DNA of 63,824 bases, the filler included, from Vezdaea acicularis (taxonomy: Eukaryota), in NCBI GenBank assembly GCA_026025075.1. It is 6 parts of 6 records of this genome, joined end to end, with 100 filler letters (N's around TTAATTAATTAA, not from the genome) between each part and the next. Parts side by side here need not be neighbours in the genome. Positions count along the whole stretch, not along the records: positions 45,237 to 55,755 come from JAPEUI010000257.1; positions 55,856 to 63,824 come from JAPEUI010000277.1; 4 more parts are not named here. One strand, written 5' to 3'. Shown one piece after another: positions 54,572 through 63,824 of the stretch (the stretch's first letter is position 1; the number at the start of each line of letters is the position of its first letter). The notes under the pieces are model-generated. The model saw only the letters and a program-made list of their open reading frames with translations. It searched no databases and was not told the DNA's origin. The position numbers and the translations under genes are program-made.

Positions 54572-54790
54572 ACTGTTCAGACTCGTGTCCAGCAGCCACT
54601 ATAAGAGCGTTGGAGAAATTCTTCCCACCAAAAGCCTCTTCAACATCCGTATCCTTTCTCTACGATAGAGACTGTTCAGACTCATCTCCGGCAGCCCCTG
54701 TAAGAATATTGGAAACCAAACTTTGTTTCTACTGAAACCCTCTTCAACATTCGTATCTCTTCCCTATACGAGGCACCCTTCAGACCGATC
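54572..54790 (+). repeat. Degenerate direct tandem duplication, unit about 99-105 bp (two copies plus the start of a third)
   Basis: ACTGTTCAGACTC at 54572 and 54671; shared GCAGCC.CT.TAAGA, TTGGA and CCTCTTCAACAT.CGTATC; TTCAGAC again near 54779. Confidence 0.8.
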
Positions 54791-54813
54791 TATTAATCAA
54801 GTCAGCAAACCAA

Positions 54814-55755
54814 ATGCCACCCGCAGAAGGAAGCCGTGACAATCAAGGGGGAGGAGACGGGGCTGGTATTCTTGACATGCTGATCAGCAAGCTCAAGATA
54901 GAGACCAGCAACGAAGCTCAAAAGAACATGGATTATGCATACAACAAAGGTATATCACTTCTTCACCTTCTAAAATAAACTGAAGTTAACAATGGTTTCA
55001 GGCATCGAAGACGCACGAGGACAGACTCGCTCCAATGACTTGCAGCAGCGCCGCCAAGCTACCGTGTACCCGACGCAGTGCTACCCATTTGGCCCAGTGA
55101 TGGCCATCGGCCTTGCTTCAGCTCCCGTTGAGCCGCGAGTCGTGCGTTTTGTTCTCCCCGGCACGCACTACATCGTACCCGGCGGGCCCCACCGCACCAT
55201 CCACAGCAGCACATACCCTCGGTTTAGAGCGCCGTGCATCATCCACAGTAGCGCATACCACCATTATGGAGCGGCCCGGAGCCGTTCTGAACCGCACCGA
55301 ATCTTGTATGGACCGCCTCGTAGCCGGTCTGAAGCGCCCCGGAGCTTCTATGGAGCGCCTCGAAGCCGGTATATCGAACAACCGCGCCAAGGAACTCGGA
55401 GCCGCGACAGAGGCCATAGCAGCCGTAGCCGGCGCCGAGAAAAACAGCCCGCCCACGACTCCGCGAGCGAGGAGCCCGACCACGCCCGCCGCACCGCTGT
55501 GCCAGAGTATAAAAATAACCCCGTCTTCAAGACGAGCGACGACTATATCCTGCAGGAGGCGAACCACTACGAAGTCCTCGGTCTAACCCGCAAAGCCACC
55601 TACGAAGAGTGAGTCCCCCCCCCCCCCTCCCCTTTTTCGTTATCCGCAGCCGCGAAGTGAAACCCACGCTTACCTCTGGTAGAATCAAAAAAGCCCACGA
55701 CCGCCTCCGCCTAGAAACGCATCCGGACCGGCACGTGCAGGCGCCAGAGGGTCTC
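54814..55755 (+). CDS. J-domain (DnaJ) protein with a long low-complexity, repeat-containing N-terminus; 3'-truncated
   Basis: Exons 54814-54949, 55002-55608, 55683-gap; NHYEVLGLTRKATYEE/IKKAHDRLRLETHPDR with the HPD motif. Confidence 0.75.
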
Positions 55756-55855
55756 NNNNNNNNNNNNNNNNNNNNNNNNNNNNNNNNNNNNNNNNNNNNT
55801 TAATTAATTAANNNNNNNNNNNNNNNNNNNNNNNNNNNNNNNNNNNNNNNNNNNN
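55756..55855. other. Artificial contig linker
   Basis: 44N-TTAATTAATTAA-44N. Confidence 0.99.
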
Positions 55856-57833
55856 GGGGGTAGATGACTTGGTCGCGGAGGGTGCCGACGCTGAGGTAGG
55901 GCCGTTGGGGGAGGAAGAGGATGCCGGCGTCGCCGATGGAGCGGGGGCGGCTGACGAGGCCGCGGTAGACGGGCCAGAGGCCGGCGATGATGCGGGCGAT
56001 GGCGGATTTGCCGACGCCGTTGGCGCCGCTGATGAGGAGGTGGTCGGTGTGGTGGAGGAGGAGGTCGAGGCGGTCGGCGAGGACGTCGCCGGGGCGGGGG
56101 AAGAGGGCGGGGGCGACGAGCGGGACGTGCTCGAGGCGGAGGCCGTCGAAGCCGCGTTGGATCGTGCCTTGGACGTCGGCGAGGGAGTAGAGCTCTGGCG
56201 CGGTGTTGCGGGGGGGGAAGTAGGCGCTGGCGTGCACGCGGTGGAGGGTGGAGATGAGGGTGTATACGCGGCTGGTGTAGCCGGCAAGCTCGGAGAGATC
56301 TTTGATGGAGTACATCATGCGCCCGCCGGCGTCGGCGAGGGAGAGCATGAGACGTTTGTTAGTGATGAATTCTTTCATTCGGCCGCGCTCGCGGCCCTCA
56401 CGGCTGGCGTCTCCGGCGGTGTCGTCGTCGGCCGTAGTGGGCGGCCCGCTGAGCTCGAGGGAGCCGCCGAGCCCGCCCCAGGCGGGGAGGAAGATCGGGA
56501 GAGAGGTGATGAGATAGCCGAATGCGGACCAGCTATATTTGAGGATGAAGTCCTCGAGCATGTTGTAGCGGATCTTGACGCTGTAGATGCCCTCCATCCA
56601 GGCCTTCAGCTCGCGGAAGCCGGCGTCGAGGAAGACCTTCTCCATGTCGGCCCCGCCGTAGAAGGCGACTTCCTCGGCGTTGGCGATCAGGCGGGCGTGC
56701 AACCCTCTGAACTCCCCTTCGCGGCGGCCCTCGACGGCCTTGAGCTTACCGAAGGGCGGCGAGAGGCGCCGCAGGAGGGTCGCGGTCGTGAAGTAGTTCG
56801 CGAGCAGCCCTGTGAGGGCGAGGGGCCCGAGGCTACGATAGAGCTGCCAGTTGAAGACGCAGATGTCGACGAAGGGCTTGCCGAGTGAGGAGTAGAGGGA
56901 TGCGGCGGAGGCGCAGAAGAGCGTCAGGTCTTGCGTTATGAATTGATCGGCGCCCGCGATGCCGCCGTCTAGGTTGGAGAGCTTGTAGTAGTTTAGGTTG
57001 TCGTTCAGGTACAGGTCGTGAATGTAGCGTGTTAGGCGTGTGCGGAAAGCAATAGATAGTTTGGATTGTAGGTATTTGATCATTGAGTTTACCTAGGAGT
57101 TGGAGTATCACGTTAGTACATGCATGTGGGGAATGAATGTTACGTTGTCTGTTGGAGGAATACTCACATAGCTAGCCACTGCTCCGAGCCCACACCATTT
57201 GCAAATGCCCCAGATGAACGCCCGTCCTTTTCCTGCCACAAGGTCTCTTACTATCTCGCCGTCCAATCGAGCTACCACGAGGGAAAGGTATGTGCGTAAT
57301 ATCAGGAATGCGCTGTGGCTGAGAAGCAGTCCCGTCTCCTTGCTATTCCATCTCGGCACCATAATGCTTAGCAGACTAAGAAACTGGTGCAGAAACGCAA
57401 GATTGAGGCCGGGCTTCGTCTGGGGCGGTGGGACGCCCGTCGATAGCTGTCCATCGCTCAGACCGGCCGCTCTAGGAGGGTTTAAGAAAAGCCGTCGATG
57501 GGCGTCGAAAGTCATCGGTTTCGTCGGGTGTATCGTCACCTTGGACGTAGAGTCCCGATAGGGCACGTATATTGTCCTCGACCCATCTTTCCCCCGCAAC
57601 CCTGAGTTCCGTCGCAACAGTCGATGTCCGCGCTCCTGCTCCGCTTTCCGCCGCTTCCACCACCTTCGGCCTCCATATCCGCTGGCGACGATTGATAGTG
57701 TGAGGGCAAGTGTTGCGAGGAGCTTGGTTGCCCTAGATGTCCGCTTCAGGCGTGATCGGATGATCGAGGCGTAGTAGTGATATAATGTTGCAATGGGGTC
57801 CTCGTGGTGGCGAAGGGTTGATTGAGCCGCCAT
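55856..57833 (-). CDS. PXA1: Peroxisomal ABCD half-transporter for long-chain acyl-CoA (Pxa1-like), 3'-truncated
   Basis: ATG 57833 (MAAQSTLR); intron 57167-57093; FRTRLTRY, EAA loop NAEEVAFYGG, LAGYTSRV, Walker A GANGVGKS, PQRPYLSVGTLRDQVIYP. Confidence 0.9.
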
Positions 57834-60010
57834 TGCGGTGGGACGTCGCGTTGCGCCTTTATCAGCCGGGAAGGGTATCACCGGTGGGAGAAGGGCGTCG
57901 TTATTGAAGTTTAGCAGCCCTACAGTGGAAGGCTAACATCAAAAAGTTCGAAGTTCGTCCCTATGCGCAATATGTACAGGATATCTTTCACGGTTGGCGT
58001 CCCGATATCTTCGTTCGCCTACATGCAAGGACGTGCCGCAGCATGTGAAATTTCCCCGGATCCGCTCCCCCACCCAGAGGTATGGACTCATCAATTATAA
58101 TCGGGAGATCTACATGTGTACACTCGTTTTGATATCTAACTCGTATGCTTTGTATTCCGAATAACAATTTCTCCATCTCCAAATCCGAATTCGGCGCGCT
58201 TAAATCGGCATGGGGCTCACCGGCAGAGGTGCGGACGCGGGGGCATTGGCGAGTCAAGGCCTCGCAAGCGCCCTCATCTACGCCGACGACAAACGCGCCA
58301 CTCAGACAGTGCGGACTCTAAAGAGTTTCCAGCGGCTACGGGCAGGAAAAGGGGCAAGACGAGGCGCTTGACTCGCATTGCGAAGTCGCACAGTGGCGCC
58401 AAAGCTTCTAGAAGGGGCAGTTTGTCTTTGATCGTGTCTCATCCGCGCCCAAGGCCCGGAAGCCCTTCACGCGACTTGAGTTGCTCGACAGCGGCGGGGC
58501 GCGGGGCCAGGAGGCAAGGCGGCATAGGCAATTGTGCATGGAGTGGTGGCGACGGAAAGGCGCGGTGGAGGTGAATTGGACGTGGTGATGGTGGGCCTCC
58601 GAACGGGTCTGGTTGGCCAGCGACCAGCATCTCGCCCACCCGCCATTCGAAATTGAGCTCGCGAGTCGGCATTATCAGAGGTCCAGCTGCAGCACCAGAT
58701 CCAAGAGGCCGGTGGAGATGCTGATAATGTGACGTGGGCGTCGCGTAGCTTCGTTCACATCAACAGATGCAAAGGAGCTGGTGCGATGGAGCTCGCGGCG
58801 GTGGACCTCATGGCTAGACCTGATGGCGATGTGGATAACGATGACGAGAGACTCCGTTCATGGATGACTAACCAGCACGATCGTCCACGCGCGCGAGCCA
58901 CGGCTTCTCCCACGGCTTCTCCACGAGGTTGGACCGCTCGTGTTGTTGGAACGGACGACGGGCAACGCAAGGGAACGGGCGTCTGCGGCGCTCTCTCTGC
59001 TTGGAATTAGCAGCAGCAGCAGCAGGGCCTCCCGCGCGGTGGCCCCGACGGCGACCGGCTGCCACACCTGGCCCTCGCGCGCTCGATGTTGATTTGCTCC
59101 CTCCGGCATGACCAGCGGAGGACGAGGCCAATGGCGAAGGAACTGAACGAGGGACAGGAAGCACAACGCCCGAACGATGGATAGATGAACAGATGAGCAC
59201 AGGAACAAACCGAGTGGCGCGATACAATCGTCTGTCGCGGGCTCCCCGACAGCTCCCCAGAAACCCAGCTCTTCCGGGGAAACCACCGGGGAAACCACCG
59301 TTCTCATCTCCCCCCCAAACCCTCTCGTCCGACGAGGGCCTCGCCATTCACCAGCACCACCAGTCGTTCATCTCATCGCTAAAGCCGTCAGCCCTTTGTG
59401 GCCGTCGCCGCCTCCTCCCCTTATCCATCACCGCGCCGACCCAGGCCGCGCACAACGCTTTTCTCTGCCCAAGCGCTCCTTGTCATCAGCCTCCGCTCCC
59501 GGGACGCGGCTGTCCATCTCCCCCCCAATCCGCCTTCCCTGCTCTCCGAGACCCGTCGCCCAATTCGGCCGGCTCTTGGCAGCGAACCTGCGCATCTCGC
59601 AAGTCGCATCCACCCCCAACTCCCCACACCCTCACAAACCACCGTCCAAGCTCTTCGACACCTGCGCCCTCCTGCATCTTGCACAATCCAAACCGATCAA
59701 CCCATCTGCGATCACTGACTGATCGTCGACCGTGGTGGTGGCCCTGCGCGCGCACAGTCCCACGCACGGATCCGCTCTCTGCGCGCCTACTTTCTTCAAT
59801 CTCGCTTGGCCCAACTCCCGGTCGCACCTGGCTCGCTCTAACTCCAACACACCCGCGCGACCTTTTTTCAGCTCTTCGAACGTTCATCTTCCCAGAGCCT
59901 CATCGACTCAATCGAGGGACTGAAAGATCTTGGCCGAGGAATCATCAGCAGACTTCGACGATCACGACGACGACGACGACGAGCGTCTGGGACTCCGGAC
60001 GATCTCTGCG

Positions 60011-61455
60011 ATGGAGACCGGGGCCTCGGCCAGTGATGCCCCCGTCAAGGTCAAGAAGCGTGGCGGCTCGCGGTTTTTATCGTTCCTCAATTGCTGTAGT
60101 GCCTCAGACAATACCGGCGATATCGATAGTCCGAATACCCGGACGAAGCCATTTGACAAGGCTCAGCACGCGCCAGGGAAAGAGCCCAGTGGTCACGATG
60201 ATAGCACCGCGAATTCGAAGGAAGAGAAGGCAAGCGGCGGGCCCAGGGACTCGGATAAGAGTACGGATGGTCTAGGGACTACAGGCAACAACGAGCCACT
60301 ATCAGAGAAGCAACATATACCCGAAACTGTGGTCGACCCAGCATCGGTCTCTTCAGAGCCCCTGGAGAGAGTTGCGCAGGATCCGCCATTGCCACCTATT
60401 CCGTCTTCATCAGAGCCGAACCCAACGTCAGAGAATACATATGCACAGGCAAACGTCGTTTCGACGGAGGCAGTCGTTATACCCAAGGCAGAAGACAAGA
60501 ACGAGGCCGAGTCGAGCAAACTGCGAGAGAAGCAAACTGCAGCTCCGTCAGCAGACACGACCATGACGGAGGCGCCGCCGATTGCCAGGAACGAATCAGA
60601 GCAAGAGTCATTAGCAAGGGAAACGCCAACTGTGCCAGCTGTAGCTGTTGTTCCTACCCCACTCCCGCCTCCTCCACCTAGAGATGGCTCGAAAGCAGGG
60701 TCCGGCGTGGCGCCCCCAGTACCAGCTCCAGTACCCAGCGACAAACACCAATGGCTCCTCCCCCCCATTCAACCTCGATTCCAAGGGAAGAAGTGCTTAG
60801 TGCTAGATCTGGATGAGACACTTGTTCATAGCAGTTTTAAAGTTGGTACCTTGATGATCTCGGCTAGAGCTGTATGCTGACTGTTACATTTAGATCTTGC
60901 ATCAAGCGGACTTTACGATTCCTGTAGAGATCGAGGGCCAGTACCACAATGTCTACGTAATCAAGCGACCAGGGGTAGATCAGTTCATGAAAAGAGTTGG
61001 TGAACTGTATGAAGTTGTGGTCTTTACGGCTTCTGTATCCAAGGTACGAAAATGATTTGCATCAGATTTCTACGACATAAATGCTAATTGGCTCAGTATG
61101 GTGATCCTCTATTAGATCAGCTGGATATACACCATGTCGTTCATCACCGTCTGTTCCGAGAGAGCTGCTATAACCATCAAGGGAACTACGTCAAAGTCGG
61201 TCATGACTCCCTAATTAATAAGCTCAAACTTACATGGTGTAGGACCTATCACAAGTAGGACGCGATCTGAAAGAAACTATAATAATTGATAATTCGCCAA
61301 CCTCGTACATTTTCCACCCTCAACACGCAGTTCCCATTAGTAGCTGGTTTTCGGATGCTCACGACAACGAGCTTCTCGACCTGATCCCAGTGCTAGAAGA
61401 TCTTGCGGGGACTCAAGTCAGGGATGTCAGTCTGGTTCTGGATGTCGCATTATAG
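60011..61455 (+). CDS. PSR1: HAD-family SCP/FCP1-like protein phosphatase Psr1
   Basis: DLDETLVHS catalytic motif, KRPGVD, FTAS, LFRESC, IIDNSP; basic stretch plus FLNCC palmitoylation-type motif. Introns 60842-60893, 61044-61096, 61196-61242. Start uncertain. Confidence 0.92.
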
Positions 61456-62413
61456 GGCTGGCCCATTGCATCCTCTTCGAGCGATCATCAGCTTCGATTC
61501 AAATCTACCATATTGCTTAATACTTTAATAAGCATGGCGAGTTCTCACTGCATTAGACGGACGGCTTCATCCCCCCCTCCCCCAAAAAAGCGACCATCAC
61601 CGCAAGCTATCTTTCTTTCGTCGAAAGCCTAGCGCTTGCTGCAAAAAGTATCGAGAATGCGTATTCCCAGGCGGGGCACTGGCGATTCATTGGGCGGCTT
61701 TGCAGCGAATTTCTTCCGTTTTGCTTCACTCTTTTGTGTCAGTCTTTTTGAGGTTTCTAGCGACCCTTCACATGCCAGTCGATTACGGCGGGGACTTTCC
61801 TTTTTGTCAAAATCCAAGCATGGCCATACTGTGGCCCTTCCCTTACATTGTATCAAATCTTGTGCCAGCCTGACCACTGAACATTCTACCCTCGTGGTCG
61901 TTACAGCATGATTGGTCTGTGGATAATTGGCGATTGTTGTCGAGCATCGTTGCCTTCGAGCCAGGTAGCAGAGGAAGTCGAGATTGAGGCTGGCGGTGGT
62001 GGTGGTGGGGGAAGCACCTGTTGATATCTACACAAGCTTCACATAGAAATGCAAAACCAAGACATACATAGGCACTAAAAATGCTAGAAACAATCTTTTC
62101 CATCCCAATAGAGGGTCAGCCAATGGTTATTTTTGCCAGAAAACGTTGGGAGCTCGCCCTGGATGACCAGCCGCAACCGGGCGAAAGGCGGTGGCGGTCT
62201 GATCCGCCTCACTATTGGACTTTTTCCGATTCTGCCATTTGCGGGTCTTTCAAGCCGCATGGACGTAGGACGACATAGCGCCTCCCGAGATTGGTATTAT
62301 TGGTCATAGGATTCTGTACTCGATCCAGAGATGAAAATATCTCAGCCTCTTCCCCCAAACTCATAACAAGCCTCCTCCATCACGATTAGCTCACTCTAGA
62401 GCCCACGACTACC

Positions 62414-63824
62414 ATGACAACTGAAAATACAGCACCAGCGGCACCCGACAGGTCCCCTAGGAACCGGGACGGCTGGGATGGCAAATTAAGAGTCGATAAG
62501 AAAGCTGTCATAGCCAATCCAAATGCTCTGTCAGATCCGGAGTCAGATGAGGATGCGCCTCCAGTCGAGCAGATTGAAGCGGACGAAGGTGCGGCAAGAT
62601 ATTGGAAGCTCCTCAACTAGACAAACCCTAACCAATCAATAGATCTACTAGATGACTATCCGCCTGACACAGATGTACGTTTTCAAGAACTATACGCCAG
62701 GATATATGCTGATTCTCTCGTCTTCAGGAGATCGACCTCGTGCACAGCAGAATATCCTCCGTACCCTCCCTACATCTCGAACGGTTCCCCAAGACCGAAG
62801 TAAGCCTTCCCAACACCCGCCAAAAGCCGTACACTAGCACTAACGCACTCCATAGAGACTTTGCCTCCGCCAAAACAGCATCCGCGAGGTCGAGGGTCTC
62901 TCCGCCCTTGGCGCCACCCTCGAAGACCTTGATCTCTACGACAACCAGATCGCGCATATAAAGGGCCTGGATGACTTGACGAAGCTCCAAAGCCTCGACT
63001 TAAGCTTCAATAAGATTAAGCATATAAAGCGCGTCAACCATCTAAAGGAGCTCAAGGATCTGTATTTTGTGCAGAATAAGATACATAAGATTGAGGAGTT
63101 GGATGGGTTGACAAAGTTGCGGAATCTGGAGTTGGCTGCTAATAGGATAAGAGTATGGTCTCGAGGCAATCCAATGCTGGGCGGGCTAATAAACTTCGTA
63201 GGAAATTGAGAACCTGGATACCCTAAAGGGGTTAGAAGAGCTATGGCTTGGCAAGAACAAGATAGCCCAAATACAGGTACGTACCAAATGTGTGATTTAT
63301 AGACTTAGCACAAGCTAACTCTAAATTAAAGAACCTTTCGCCACTCGTCAACCTCAAGATCCTCTCGATTCAGTCTAACCGAATCACAAAAATCAGCGGA
63401 CTAGAAGGTCTTGCGAGTCTCGAGGAGCTCTACATCTCGCACAACCTCCTCGAAGAAATCACCGGCTTAGAGCACACTGTAAGTCAAACTCCACCCCCCC
63501 CCCCTAAAGCTTCCCCCTCAAAATCCCACCAACACCCTCCTCCACAGCCCAACCTCCGCATCCTCGACATCTCCAACAACATCATCCCGCACCTAACAGG
63601 ACTCGCACACCTCACGCACCTCTCCGAGCTCTGGGCCTCCTCCAACGCCCTCTCCTCCTTCCAAGAAGTCGAAGAGCAGCTCCGCGACAAAGCAGAGCTC
63701 GATACCGTCTACTTCGAAGGCAATCCCCTGCAGACGCAGAATCCGGTGCTGTATCGGAATAAAGTGCGCTTGGCCCTGCCGCAGGTGCAGCAGATTGACG
63801 CAAGTGAGTTGTTGGGCTATGAGA
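62414..63824 (+). CDS. SDS22: PP1 regulatory subunit Sds22 (leucine-rich repeats); last exon lies outside the window
   Basis: Exons 62414-62588, 62643-62674, 62728-62799, 62856-63152, 63202-63276, 63332-63478, 63548-63803. LCLRQN, LDLYDN, LDLSFNKI, LWLGKNKI, YFEGNP, QIDA. Confidence 0.94.

Noticed and set aside
59193..60275. 360-aa ATG-initiated ORF overlapping PSR1 out of frame
   Set aside because: Low-complexity Pro/Arg/Ser sequence with no homology cues and no convincing splice into the PSR1 frame.

Overview
Intron-rich filamentous ascomycete (Pezizomycotina-type) nuclear DNA. It is not one locus: six contigs are joined by artificial 100-bp linkers (44N-TTAATTAATTAA-44N), and the four complete contigs fall in size (11,077, 11,037, 10,686, 10,519 bp), so adjacency across linkers is generally not biological. 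The exception is contigs 1 and 2, which share an exact 127-bp inverted overlap and together rebuild one SMC3 gene. I can support 18 genes: GH47 mannosidase, sconB/MET30, ATG17, RIO1, SMC3 (split), a Gac1-like CBM21 PP1 subunit, a Num1/ApsA-like PH protein, a Zn2Cys6-LbH acetyltransferase fusion, MCT1, PCT1, PP2C (Ptc2/3), VPS54, MCM5, a secreted But2-like protein, GCP5, an orphan-like J-domain protein, PXA1, PSR1 and SDS22. I found no tRNA, rRNA, CRISPR array or recognisable transposon. The most interesting signal is the Zn2Cys6-acetyltransferase gene: it appears to start at an in-frame CUG in a strong context, and its acetyltransferase domain lacks the catalytic His and Asn (candidate pseudo-enzyme sensor transcription factor). 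Recurrent C-rich-to-G-rich strand-skew switches cross exons and introns. All family assignments come from motif recognition, not database searches.
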